A DNA stretch of 64,000 bases from the sequence record OQ845958.1; one strand, given 5' to 3'. The position numbers and the translations under genes are program-made. A model generated the notes under the pieces. That model did no database searches and was not told the origin of the DNA. It was given only the letters and a program-made list of their open reading frames with translations. The stretch is from Escherichia phage pEC-M719-6WT.2. Positions 1 to 9,992 of the stretch are shown piece after piece (positions within the stretch are counted from its first letter, which is position 1; each line of letters starts with the position of its first letter).

Positions 1-344
1 TCAACTGGAATACCAAAAATGAAAAATAAAACAGTATCACCAACTCCAGCACCAGAAATAGACCCGGTAAATTTAATTTTATCCGACTGACTGATTGCCG
101 CAGGAGAAAGGTTATTCGTATTAGTAATTACACTGCCAACCGGAAGCTCATATCGAAACGCAATATCATCTATTGCGCTCTGAACTGTTGGATAAAAAAT
201 ACCCTCGGTTGTTTGTGTTGCAGATGGGCCGCCGATTGCTCGTTGACCCATGACAGCCGTAATATTTTTTGATGTATTTTGAAATTCTAAGCAACTAGCA
301 AGGCGGGAAATTACTCCAGCCTTTTTATTCGTTAATGTTTTCAT
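1..344 (-). CDS. 11: baseplate wedge protein gp11, N-terminal part (gene runs off the window at position 1)
   Basis: ATG at 344..342 overlapping gene 10 stop (TAATG); translation MKTLTNKKAGVISRLAS... resembles recalled T4 gp11 N-terminus; synteny after gene 10. Confidence 0.7.
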   Translation of the reverse strand, partial: MKTLTNKKAGVISRLASCLEFQNTSKNITAVMGQRAIGGPSATQTTEGIFYPTVQSAIDDIAFRYELPVGSVITNTNNLSPAAISQSDKIKFTGSISGAGVGDTVLFFIFGIPV

Positions 345-2155
345 TAAGCAATCCTTACCCAGCGATGAGCAATCAAATATGGAGGCATTGTATAAACTGG
401 TTGAGCTTGAGGGTCTTGCGCCTGATTAATGGTGGCTTTGTCTTCTCTGTATTTGGTATAGGCTGGACCTTGTGCATCTGGGTCTACCTGACAACCACCG
501 ACAACAATCGGACCATTATCATCAACAACTAAAACCTTCTCATCAGTTTCAAGTTTAGGTACGTTTATATCTTTAATATGAACTTCAACGCTACCACCTG
601 TACCACCTGCTGTCGCTTGTGGGTTACCACCAGAATCCAGGTCATTATTGTTTGTATGGAAGTTTGAGGCAGGGTCGTCTGACCAGGCAACAATTACACG
701 TTCTTTCAAACGTTTCCATGAACCAAATCCCATATAAGTAACCGGGTTATTTGGGTTAACTGTATTTTCGTAAATTGTACCGACCGGATAGAATAATTCA
801 AAGATAGCGCCAACAGAAGATGGAACAACTTCCTGAAGACCGACTGGTTCAACGTTTGGTGCAAACGGATTATCAAAATCTGTAATACGCACACGACCGG
901 TTAGGCTTAACGTATTTCCCTGAGAAACATAAAGAGTATCAGTCTCATCACGGATTTCATCCATGGTCATAGTTGTGCCGATATCGTTATTGTACCAAAT
1001 GACCGACAGAATATCACCGTCTTCAAATTCACGGTAAATGCTAATGCCTTCGATACGGTTATCATCATCAAATTGCAGCAAATAATCCTGGTTTGATTCA
1101 GACCAGCTACCACCATTTGCACTACATTCTGCAGCAGTAGAACCTTGTGCACCTTCACAATAAAATACTGGAGTTCCCGCAGTACCAGCTTGATGTTGCA
1201 AAATACTGTTAATGAATACCTGACATGCGTTTGGGTTAATTGGGCTACCCGGAGAAATACCAAGTTCTTCAATTGTAAAGGTGTGTTTGGTTGTCAAATC
1301 TGTAACAATCAAAGAACCATTAATTGTTGTTTCTTTGGTCCTGTCTTGACTACGAACAAGTATATCACGACGATTATACGAACTACGCCATTGAGCAATA
1401 CCATCATTAAATGTTCGGATGATAACAGTATCACCTTCAGCACATGGCATTTTCAGACGGATGCTTTTACCATCAAGCGCAACGATTTCACCAGGGTTTG
1501 CACCAGGGGAACCAAATTCAGCATTCACCGGGTCGAAAATATCATCTTTACCATAAAACAGGTCGTTACCACGATGTTTGACTTCTAAGTTCGATACGCT
1601 ATATGGAATAGCACCAAACACATTGATAAAGTCAGTTTGTCCTTCGGTGGCAATAAACTGTTGGGATGCAACTGTGGCAACGTCGTTATTTGAAATTTTA
1701 TCGACTTGTTTATTATCGATATATTCCCAACGACCTGGTGAACAATATACAAGTTCAAGGTCAGCTAAGTTGCGTTTAATTTCTACTGGATTCGGTGAGC
1801 CTTTAATCGTATCCCCAACTGCAGGAACAATTGTCACCGGGTTGATTTGCCAGGTAGCAAACACATCACGCAAGCGAATTACATAATTGTATTCTTGAGT
1901 TGTTCCTTTTGGAAGGATAACTCGAACTGCACCGGCTGATGTATCGATGGTATAGCTTCGACCCATAACAGCGGACAACTCGGTGCCTTCTTGCGTAGTC
2001 CAAGTTTTCCATGCACCAGCTGCATGGGGATTTTCACCGTCCCCTAGCTGATAATAAAGGTCATCAAAGTTATTATTTATTTTTTGACCGCCGAGACGAA
2101 GGTAATCACCAGTACCATCATCAACCATATTGCCAATTTTTAAATTCTGTTTCAT
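344..2155 (-). CDS. 10: baseplate wedge protein gp10
   Basis: 603-aa ORF, length and position (between 9 and 11) as in T4; identity by synteny and recalled similarity, no alignment run. Confidence 0.8.
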   Translation of the reverse strand: MKQNLKIGNMVDDGTGDYLRLGGQKINNNFDDLYYQLGDGENPHAAGAWKTWTTQEGTELSAVMGRSYTIDTSAGAVRVILPKGTTQEYNYVIRLRDVFATWQINPVTIVPAVGDTIKGSPNPVEIKRNLADLELVYCSPGRWEYIDNKQVDKISNNDVATVASQQFIATEGQTDFINVFGAIPYSVSNLEVKHRGNDLFYGKDDIFDPVNAEFGSPGANPGEIVALDGKSIRLKMPCAEGDTVIIRTFNDGIAQWRSSYNRRDILVRSQDRTKETTINGSLIVTDLTTKHTFTIEELGISPGSPINPNACQVFINSILQHQAGTAGTPVFYCEGAQGSTAAECSANGGSWSESNQDYLLQFDDDNRIEGISIYREFEDGDILSVIWYNNDIGTTMTMDEIRDETDTLYVSQGNTLSLTGRVRITDFDNPFAPNVEPVGLQEVVPSSVGAIFELFYPVGTIYENTVNPNNPVTYMGFGSWKRLKERVIVAWSDDPASNFHTNNNDLDSGGNPQATAGGTGGSVEVHIKDINVPKLETDEKVLVVDDNGPIVVGGCQVDPDAQGPAYTKYREDKATINQAQDPQAQPVYTMPPYLIAHRWVRIA

Positions 2156-3024
2156 TATACCGGTACTCCGATTGTTTGGGCGGAAATTACTTTAATAGCG
2201 AGCTTCATGGCAGTGGGTGAGCTTATAGCCGCCTGTATGATGTCCTGGTTATCAATTCTAAAATCGATAGCATATATCTCATCATCGTCGTTAGCTTGTC
2301 CACGTCTGATTACAGCGTATTCTGTGCTATATACCTTGCGGTCCTTAAGGTCGATGTAAAGTAACATTTCTGATGCTTTGTATTTAGTTTCGTCTGTTGA
2401 AATAGCCGTAAGCATCAATTTGATAGTTTTATAATCTGCGCGGTAAGCGATTGGAATATCACGAACAACCGAGCTCATATTGTATGTTTTGTCGAGCAAT
2501 ACAGATTGGTTACCAAACATACTTTCAATTTTGTAGTCCCAGGTCCCTACGCCGTTAGCATCGTCAATACACCACAATGTAATTTTTGTATAAGGCTGAG
2601 TAAATTTCATTTTGTTCGTTGCAGCGGTCAGGAATGAATCCGTGCCTTGTAGTTCAACTTCCAGAGGCATCGAGGTGGATAATGAACCATTGGAGTTAAT
2701 AAAGATAACACCTTCGCCTGCTTTACCTTTTGCAATTCTTGCGGTGATAACACCTTCGGCAGTATTGACATCACGCATAGAACCGAGAGCAACAGTTGAG
2801 TTCCATTCGATGATATTTGTAGCTTTTTGATAGTACCCAGTCGCATGAAGGACCTGGGTGTTTTCTCCATTGTTCACAGAGTACAGACGCTGGTCGCCAA
2901 ATGTATTATACAAACTGTCTAAATCCACGTTCAGTTTACGACCGCCTTCATATAGAATATCACCGGTGCTGGCGTTACCAATCTCGCCGATGTCTACTAA
3001 TAATTTTGGGGTTTGATTAATCAT
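2155..3024 (-). CDS. 9: baseplate wedge protein gp9 (long tail fibre socket)
   Basis: 289-aa ORF, T4-like length and position; preceded on minus strand by TATAAATA late promoter. Confidence 0.8.
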   Translation of the reverse strand: MINQTPKLLVDIGEIGNASTGDILYEGGRKLNVDLDSLYNTFGDQRLYSVNNGENTQVLHATGYYQKATNIIEWNSTVALGSMRDVNTAEGVITARIAKGKAGEGVIFINSNGSLSTSMPLEVELQGTDSFLTAATNKMKFTQPYTKITLWCIDDANGVGTWDYKIESMFGNQSVLLDKTYNMSSVVRDIPIAYRADYKTIKLMLTAISTDETKYKASEMLLYIDLKDRKVYSTEYAVIRRGQANDDDEIYAIDFRIDNQDIIQAAISSPTAMKLAIKVISAQTIGVPV

Positions 3025-3050
3025 AGGTAAGCCTCGTTATTGATATAGCT

Positions 3051-3058
3051 ATATTTAT
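3051..3058 (-). promoter_or_regulatory. late promoter box TATAAATA upstream of gene 9
   Basis: exact T4 late-promoter octamer on minus strand, about 25 nt upstream of gene 9 ATG. Confidence 0.55.
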
Positions 3059-3063
3059 AGAAT

Positions 3064-3085
3064 AAAAAAGGGACCCGAAGGTCCC
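3064..3085 (-). terminator. rho-independent terminator after gene 8
   Basis: GGGACC-CGAA-GGTCCC hairpin followed by U6 on minus strand, between gene 8 stop and gene 9 promoter. Confidence 0.6.
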
Positions 3086-3088
3086 TAG

Positions 3089-4093
3089 TTAGAATTCAAA
3101 AATAATGTTAACTTCTTCTGTCTGGTCCATTGCACGAATAATTGGTGGGCGGTTTTCCATATAAATCATTTCCCCAGAATGACGGTCCAAATCAATTGCA
3201 TCGTAGTATTCTTTGATTGCTTTGACATTTGGGTCATTAGGATGTACTTTAACTTCAAGTGGGTTGGATATAATCGACAGCTGTCGGAAGCCTTTGTTTC
3301 CCGGGAGACTGAATTCTGGGAAGTAAATGGAATCCATAAATGCTTTAAATCTGATTGTATATCCTTTGATTCTATATATTAAACCGAAATCATCTTGTTG
3401 CCAGCTGATATTGTCTTTGTAACCCCAACGTGACGGGTCTTCTTCGATTTCTTCAGGCCATGGAACAACAATATATTCGTTAGTACAGCGGTTGATGGAT
3501 ACATCAGGCGGAATCTCATACAAATATTCCCAGAGATAACCATCGCCCATATCAACTCGTCCTTCAGTGTCGCCAGTCCCTGCTGGAGCTCTCGTCGAGT
3601 TATATTCTGCCGTCCATTTACCACCGAGTTTTAAGCACTCTTCTTTATTGATAATGGAATAAATGGAGCAAGTCCCAACATCAGGAACATCTACACAACG
3701 ATAAACCATCCAACCTTTACCAACATCAGTTCGGTTATATGGAGCACTGTTAGCTACAACAATTTCCCCTACCTGGAAGTTAAGCGGATTAGGATATCTG
3801 ATATCGCCCCAGTCTTTACGTGGGACAACACAATCAAGCATTGATTTATAAACTTTGACTGCCCCCATCATATTGGTCCAAGTATCTTCAACACCTTGTG
3901 CTGTATCAACTGGATAAGGAGGGGCGAACCCCGGGTCATTCTCATTCGAAGCCCAAGGTTCAGCACGACCGAATGTTACATACATCGTATTCTGGTCGGG
4001 CTCGTTACCAATCATTTTATAAAAGTTATACATTTTTTCAGTTCGAAATTTCGAGGTAATTATCGAACGATAAACTACAGATGAATTATTCAT
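3089..4093 (-). CDS. 8: baseplate wedge protein gp8
   Basis: 334-aa ORF; N-terminus MNNSSVVYRSIITSKFRTEKM matches recalled T4 gp8; same length as T4 gp8. Confidence 0.9.
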   Translation of the reverse strand: MNNSSVVYRSIITSKFRTEKMYNFYKMIGNEPDQNTMYVTFGRAEPWASNENDPGFAPPYPVDTAQGVEDTWTNMMGAVKVYKSMLDCVVPRKDWGDIRYPNPLNFQVGEIVVANSAPYNRTDVGKGWMVYRCVDVPDVGTCSIYSIINKEECLKLGGKWTAEYNSTRAPAGTGDTEGRVDMGDGYLWEYLYEIPPDVSINRCTNEYIVVPWPEEIEEDPSRWGYKDNISWQQDDFGLIYRIKGYTIRFKAFMDSIYFPEFSLPGNKGFRQLSIISNPLEVKVHPNDPNVKAIKEYYDAIDLDRHSGEMIYMENRPPIIRAMDQTEEVNIIFEF

Positions 4094-7000
4094 TTACCTT
4101 TACCTGTGTTGGGTCTTTCGGGTCGCGTGGATTACCAATATCATCCTTAAGACGTTGATTAACCAAATTGCGCCAGTTAGCAAAAGTCACGGCAGACTGG
4201 TCAAACAATGGACTGTATTTTTTACGACGTTCAGACGGGAGAGTCCCATGAAAATCTGAAAAATCGTTTTCGGCATCATAATCTGCTGGTAATGGGAATG
4301 GTAAACCTGCATTAGGAGCAATATTATATACCGCTTCACCTGTAACAGGGCTACGCTCAATGTTTCCATCGGCCCCAATAACTGCGATACGGTCGCACCA
4401 TTCTGACGGAATACCTGACGACCAACGATAGTTGTTCAGTTTATTGATAATAGTTTCGGTATGTTTTAATGACAGACCAGCATTAACAAACATTGTCAAT
4501 AATGTAATTCCAACGAATCCAAATCCAACCGGATGAACAAATCGCAATACGTCATTACGATAACGAGATGTTGGGAGACTTGATTTAATGGTCATTACAT
4601 AGTAAGAACGATTTCGGTTGATATAATCGATGTTGTTGCTAAGTAATTCTTTCCCACGAACACCCTGAACAATCATACCTTCAAAGGAAGTCCTTTCGGA
4701 TTTAATTTCTTGCCCAACAATAAAGCGACCAAGTAAGTTATGAATCGTGATACGCCATCTCAATTTCCCCTGTTTGTAGTCACGTTCCATATAAGTAACG
4801 TTACTGCGACCAGTTGGTGTGTAAATTGTTTGTCCAACAATATCTTCGCTGATGTTATCAGATTCGACGATTATATCATACTCGGTTCCGTTCTTGGATT
4901 CAATATCGATTTCAACGTCTTCATTATATAACAATTTGAACAAAAACTTATAGGATGCTTCAGTACCCTTAGTGGACCAAAAATCAGACTGTCTTGCTTC
5001 AAAGAAACGAACTACTTCGTCGCGCTTGGTCTTTGACAAATATATGTTTCTTTTGTACATTTCGCTCCAAAGGTATTCCCATGCATCTTCCTCGCGCGGG
5101 TACTGGTTGCGAATTAAGTTCAAAAGGTTGTTATAATAGGTGCCAGAGCCATCACTGATAAACTGTAAATAATATTCACAGAATTTTTCGAAGTTGCTAT
5201 CCTGGAGCAAATAACTATCCGGAACCATCTTTGTTAAAAGAGGACGCAAGTCTGGGTCTTTCTCTTGTTCGTCATTATCTGGGGTCCATGGAATATCATG
5301 TTCCTGGTTCTGTAATTCTGCAGTGAACATAACTTCTTTCGGTTTCCAGATTAATCTAACTTCATCACGTCTACGATAGTCAAATTCAAAATAGCCAATA
5401 AGCTCTCCAGTATTTTTGTGTAACATAATACCCGAGGCGTATTTTTTAAAGCCATTGAATTCGATGTTAGGAGAAGTAACTTTTACTTGACCTTTATTCC
5501 AGTATTCGTGTACAATACGTTCAGGCGATGAACCACCAAAGGTATCGATAATCTTTTGATATAGCATGTCATTATATACAACCAGAGCTCTGTCTGATGT
5601 GGTAATCCAACAACGAGTATCATCACGACGAGACCAGTTAAAGAACGGTTCAGCGTAATATGACATACGACCAGGTTTAAACTCTTCCCAACCTGAATCT
5701 TTATTCGACCTAAAACTCATCATCAAATAATGCTTGTCATGTATCCATTGTTCGTCATACACATATTTGACTGCTTCATTAACTTCTTCAGGATACTTAG
5801 CAGGGAGTTCAGTATCCGGCTCTACGGAATAACGGAAGTTACTTGAACTGATAAAAAGTTCAATTCCGTCGGTTGACATGCTTGTGTAACCATGTTCAAT
5901 ACGTCGACGTTCATCCTCTGTGTTACCAAAAACTCGTGTCCATGTATCGGTGTCAGCATTTAATTTATAAACGCCCTTTGATAATGAATCGACAACGTTT
6001 TCAGGTTTAGTCGGGTCTTGTCGCTCTTCTTTTACTTCACCCGTGATTAATGCAAATACTTCACCATCAATTGCATCCATCTTATAACAAACAGCTTTGG
6101 GGTTACCACTTATTGTGCTATATCCAGCTTCAAATAATTTTTCACCGAATGTTGGGGAGTTGGGGTCGTTATCAATTGGAGCATCAGAAGATTTAGCTTT
6201 GTACACACGGTCGCGCCCGGCAACGTAAATCATGGAATCGGTCGTAGTGATTGCTTCAGCAATTGTCGAGATATAAGCAGGAAGTCTTGCGTATGTGCCA
6301 AATATTTCAATATCAAATCCAAGATTGATATCCGAACCAATTTTTGCAAATGTTATGTCCTGAGAACTGAATCGAACATCATCAGCAGACCATCTTATGT
6401 CACTTGATTTGCGACCGTAAAAAATTCGGTCATACCCGAGTACATAAGTTGTTGTATCTGATTGATAATAAATTGTGCGCGATACTGGGTTACCGATACG
6501 GTCATTAAACAATTTTACATAATACCAGTTCTGCCCTTTATCATTGGAGACTTTGACAGTTGTCTGGAATCGTTCAAACAAATACAGTACGCCACCGAGT
6601 TCAGCAATCATTGTACGATTAACATCGTTACATACCGGCTGAATGCTACCCTGGATTTCGTGGTATTGGTCTTCTTTTAATACATAGTTTGAAATTGAAG
6701 ACAAATGAGAATACGCAGGAGTAAAGCTAAAATCTTCAGACATCAGCGATGCCATAATTGCATCATTATTAAAGTTGATATAAGCTTGGTTATTGTTTGT
6801 AAATTTTTCTTCGATGAATTTATTTGTTAATGTAAATTCACGCATGTGCTCAAATGTGTATGCGTTAGTTGCAAAGGTTTCAAATTCTTCGGTATAAACC
6901 CAATCAGATTGTTCAAAACCCATTGCTGCAACAGCAACACGCATTTTGTAAAATGATACTGGACGAATAAAATCTTGTTCGAACCATTCATTGTCTGGAG

Positions 7001-7181
7001 TATAACCTAAATTCCTCCATAACAGATTTTCTTCTGGAATAGCAACACCATTTTCTTTTGTCGTAGCAATCTCAACAAAATAATAAAAGTTGGCGCCAAC
7101 ATTATCCCATTTTATGCTAACCTGGTTAGCAGATAGTTTATCAATCCGTAAGCTGGTTACATAAGGGGCTTTAACACTCAT
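4086..7181 (-). CDS. 7: baseplate wedge protein gp7
   Basis: start moved to second of two adjacent ATGs after SD AAGGAA (MSVKAPYVTSL...), giving 1031 aa, T4 gp7-like; ORF-track upstream extension would overlap gene 6. Confidence 0.85.
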   Translation of the reverse strand: MSVKAPYVTSLRIDKLSANQVSIKWDNVGANFYYFVEIATTKENGVAIPEENLLWRNLGYTPDNEWFEQDFIRPVSFYKMRVAVAAMGFEQSDWVYTEEFETFATNAYTFEHMREFTLTNKFIEEKFTNNNQAYINFNNDAIMASLMSEDFSFTPAYSHLSSISNYVLKEDQYHEIQGSIQPVCNDVNRTMIAELGGVLYLFERFQTTVKVSNDKGQNWYYVKLFNDRIGNPVSRTIYYQSDTTTYVLGYDRIFYGRKSSDIRWSADDVRFSSQDITFAKIGSDINLGFDIEIFGTYARLPAYISTIAEAITTTDSMIYVAGRDRVYKAKSSDAPIDNDPNSPTFGEKLFEAGYSTISGNPKAVCYKMDAIDGEVFALITGEVKEERQDPTKPENVVDSLSKGVYKLNADTDTWTRVFGNTEDERRRIEHGYTSMSTDGIELFISSSNFRYSVEPDTELPAKYPEEVNEAVKYVYDEQWIHDKHYLMMSFRSNKDSGWEEFKPGRMSYYAEPFFNWSRRDDTRCWITTSDRALVVYNDMLYQKIIDTFGGSSPERIVHEYWNKGQVKVTSPNIEFNGFKKYASGIMLHKNTGELIGYFEFDYRRRDEVRLIWKPKEVMFTAELQNQEHDIPWTPDNDEQEKDPDLRPLLTKMVPDSYLLQDSNFEKFCEYYLQFISDGSGTYYNNLLNLIRNQYPREEDAWEYLWSEMYKRNIYLSKTKRDEVVRFFEARQSDFWSTKGTEASYKFLFKLLYNEDVEIDIESKNGTEYDIIVESDNISEDIVGQTIYTPTGRSNVTYMERDYKQGKLRWRITIHNLLGRFIVGQEIKSERTSFEGMIVQGVRGKELLSNNIDYINRNRSYYVMTIKSSLPTSRYRNDVLRFVHPVGFGFVGITLLTMFVNAGLSLKHTETIINKLNNYRWSSGIPSEWCDRIAVIGADGNIERSPVTGEAVYNIAPNAGLPFPLPADYDAENDFSDFHGTLPSERRKKYSPLFDQSAVTFANWRNLVNQRLKDDIGNPRDPKDPTQVKVNE

Positions 7182-7197
7182 CATGGTTTCCTTAAAA

Positions 7198-7213
7198 AGC
7201 CTCCGAAGAGGCT
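7198..7213 (-). terminator. hairpin plus U5 between gene 6 and gene 7 (attenuator or mRNA stability element)
   Basis: AGCCTC-TTCG-GAGGCT hairpin followed by UUUUU on minus strand immediately before gene 7 SD. Confidence 0.4.
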
Positions 7214-9159
7214 TATAGTGTAATCGGTTCAAGGTCAATCTTTGTATATTGCGGACGAAGGTCATTCTCAAATACAATCAGTGAACCATCTTGCGTGTAT
7301 ATATTATCTTGGTTGGGACTTGCATAAAGTTCGATTGATTGAACTTCAAAGCGCTCGGATGTCAATCCAATCGCGGCGATATCCCAAAAAATATAGTCAG
7401 AGTAATAGTCAATTTCGCCAATTGCGTAATAAACTGTTTGGTCAGCCGGAGCTTCCATTTTATTAAAGTCATCTTGTAGGTAAGGCTGGATGTTTACGTT
7501 TTCGATAACATCACCCGGACGGAATGGACCAATTACCATTTTGCCATCACCACGAGAATCTTTATCAGTTGCAACAATGCGAACGTTATAGGCTTCACCC
7601 GTAGTCGGAACAAATTCAAATTCGCTTGATTCGACTGAACGGTTGCCATACTGGTTATAGTATTTAATGCCGGATTCCGGAGTCTTAAAGAAGTTCAGGA
7701 CCTCACGCACCATCGAAATGGTTGCAGACGAACCAAGAATACTATGGTCGGTATTATCCACATATGTAAGCATTTTTGACTTAGCAAAACTTCTGTTAAA
7801 GATTTCAACTTCATCGATATAATAACGGTCAATCTGATTAATGATTTGTGCTTGCAACCATTGTTCAGATTCTTGTAATTTGTTCAGCGCATAAGACACT
7901 TTGATATTATGTTTAAGGAACAAATAATCCGGAGAAATTACCGATGGTGTAATTGTTGATACGTTGAACTCGCTAAGGTAGTTCTGGATATCCTCACGCT
8001 GCACTGCAGTGAGATATAAGCCCGATTTAGGCTTAACTGATATAAACGCATACCCTGGTTTATTAGCGTCTGTAAACGTCTGTACGGCTTGCACGATTGA
8101 GCCAAATCTTTCGGATACGAAGGTATCATAATCCGTTCCGGTGACAGCACGCATCTGCGCTTCACGTTTAACAACAGCCAGTTCACGGATACGTTCGATA
8201 TCTTCTGGGTCACCACCACCATCAGCACCGACATAATCAGGGTCGTTATTATAGTTTTCGGTAATTTTATCCACTGTAATATAAGACAAAGTATCAGCAT
8301 AACTAAAATCAACAGCGCCGTTTGCATCTGCCCCGGAAGTACGAAGATACTCAATAACAATTGTTGAATCTTGCACAGGTTTAAGACCGCCAATATAGTT
8401 GGCTTCCATAACGCCACCGGCCACAGATTTAGTGGATTCACCTTCACCGAAGAAAAATTCGGTATAGCCATCAATTGTTTCACGCATATAAAATATGGTG
8501 GAAGTCGAACCAGCATGAACCATTGATTTGTTCGTCCAGTCATCCCACTCAACACCATTCACATATAACTTAACTTCTTTGCGGTCAATATCCGGGTCGC
8601 GGATAAGAATAGGTTGTTTCGGGTCATATAAAAGTTCCGTACGAATAATACGACCCTGTGCCAGAGATACAATCGGAAGGTATTGGTTGTTAATATCTTT
8701 AACCGCGATAACGTTTTCCGTGGTAACAAAAACATAAGGGTCAGCTGATGTATCACGAGCATAAGCCAGGAATTTAGTTCCTCGTGGGATTTCAATATTC
8801 GATGGTTGCAGAGCATGAGAACATGTCAACATAACCGAAGTCTTTGCAGCCGAGCGAGAAGATGGAAGATAACCATTATCCTGTGCAGCCTGAACAACTG
8901 AAGACCTTAAGTTTGCAGTTCCGATAAATGATTCGTAAACCGCCGTGTTAGCAAACTGCTGCATATACAATGTATTATATGCAAGCATATCAATCAGGAT
9001 ATTCATTCGCGAACCTACGAAATCATAATCCTTAAATTCATCCTGGCTTGATAACCAGTCGATGATATTCTTTTTAATTTCTTCAAACGTAGCTCCCACA
9101 AATACTTTTGGGATAGCGTTAACGGTTCTTGTTAATTGGTAATTCGTAGGAGTAGCCAT
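7213..9159 (-). CDS. 6: baseplate wedge protein gp6
   Basis: 648-aa ORF in the T4 position between 5.x and 7. Confidence 0.8.
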   Translation of the reverse strand: MATPTNYQLTRTVNAIPKVFVGATFEEIKKNIIDWLSSQDEFKDYDFVGSRMNILIDMLAYNTLYMQQFANTAVYESFIGTANLRSSVVQAAQDNGYLPSSRSAAKTSVMLTCSHALQPSNIEIPRGTKFLAYARDTSADPYVFVTTENVIAVKDINNQYLPIVSLAQGRIIRTELLYDPKQPILIRDPDIDRKEVKLYVNGVEWDDWTNKSMVHAGSTSTIFYMRETIDGYTEFFFGEGESTKSVAGGVMEANYIGGLKPVQDSTIVIEYLRTSGADANGAVDFSYADTLSYITVDKITENYNNDPDYVGADGGGDPEDIERIRELAVVKREAQMRAVTGTDYDTFVSERFGSIVQAVQTFTDANKPGYAFISVKPKSGLYLTAVQREDIQNYLSEFNVSTITPSVISPDYLFLKHNIKVSYALNKLQESEQWLQAQIINQIDRYYIDEVEIFNRSFAKSKMLTYVDNTDHSILGSSATISMVREVLNFFKTPESGIKYYNQYGNRSVESSEFEFVPTTGEAYNVRIVATDKDSRGDGKMVIGPFRPGDVIENVNIQPYLQDDFNKMEAPADQTVYYAIGEIDYYSDYIFWDIAAIGLTSERFEVQSIELYASPNQDNIYTQDGSLIVFENDLRPQYTKIDLEPITL

Positions 9160-9167
9160 TTTATTTC

Positions 9168-9461
9168 CTATTTTATAAAGACTTTTGATGAGGCTTGAGC
9201 CACAGTATCACCACATGAAATCGGGTCTGCCATTTGAACAGCTTTCTTACCGGTAACGAATACCTTTGATGTACGCGGTTGTGTTACTCCGCCGTGGGTT
9301 TCATATGGTTTTTTAATTTCGGTATGCTCGGTAATAGGGTCTCCGGCAACTAATACTGGAATTCCCCCGGTGAATACTTTACCTTGAGTTGCATTAATTA
9401 CAGTCGGCGGCCATGCTTCGTGGCCTGCTGTAACACATTGATTAAAACTTAATCCAGCCAT
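9168..9461 (-). CDS. 5.4: PAAR-repeat tail spike tip protein gp5.4
   Basis: 97-aa ORF, same length and position as T4 gp5.4; Gly/Val-rich PAAR-like sequence. Confidence 0.7.
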   Translation of the reverse strand: MAGLSFNQCVTAGHEAWPPTVINATQGKVFTGGIPVLVAGDPITEHTEIKKPYETHGGVTQPRTSKVFVTGKKAVQMADPISCGDTVAQASSKVFIK

Positions 9462-9982
9462 TAATCCCTCGCGTATACGTATGAACGCAATTTATCGGCC
9501 CATCTTGACCAGTTGCCAACGATAGTTTTTGTGTAAACTTTTGTCATTGTCTTTCTTACTGGAGCAGGAGGTGGGTCGGTCTCATTACCTGTACGGCTAT
9601 TACTGCCACCAGAGTTCCCTGTGTCTCCACCAGAGCTCTCTTCTTGAAAATCATAGGTTAGGGTTACCGTGTATGAAAAGACCTTCTGGAGGCTCGATGG
9701 GGCCCTCCAGAGATACAATTGAGTACTCTTATCGGTAGGAAGGTCTTCCCATGAACCAGCAGTTTTAAATTCGTCATTAAGCCGATATTTAAGTGCATCA
9801 TCTGCAAATCCGAACACGGATTCATAAACACCATAAAGATGATTTCCCTCAACATTAACGCCAGGGGTGACCTCATATTCAGTTATATTTATTTCGACTA
9901 ATGTTTCGTTTGTTTCTAATTGAGCTGTAAACGTAACATCGATTGAGGCTCCTTCCATGGAGTCTCCTAGGTCAGTGCTCAT
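9461..9982 (-). CDS. gp5.1-like protein downstream of gene 5
   Basis: ORF in position of T4 5.1; start set at first ATG after gene 5 stop (MSTDLGD...); start uncertain. Confidence 0.5.
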   Translation of the reverse strand: MSTDLGDSMEGASIDVTFTAQLETNETLVEINITEYEVTPGVNVEGNHLYGVYESVFGFADDALKYRLNDEFKTAGSWEDLPTDKSTQLYLWRAPSSLQKVFSYTVTLTYDFQEESSGGDTGNSGGSNSRTGNETDPPPAPVRKTMTKVYTKTIVGNWSRWADKLRSYVYARD

Positions 9983-9992
9983 CGGAAGTATA

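Noticed and set aside
335-532. Plus-strand 65-aa ORF at the start of the window
   Set aside because: Antisense to the gene 11/gene 10 junction in a densely coding minus-strand late operon; no SD.
706-1886. Several 60-150 aa ORFs on both strands inside gene 10
   Set aside because: All nested within or antisense to the 603-aa gp10 frame; frame-shadow artefacts.
7938-8816. Alternative-frame minus-strand ORFs of 206 and 85 aa inside gene 6
   Set aside because: Overlap the gp6 frame out of register; no independent start signals.
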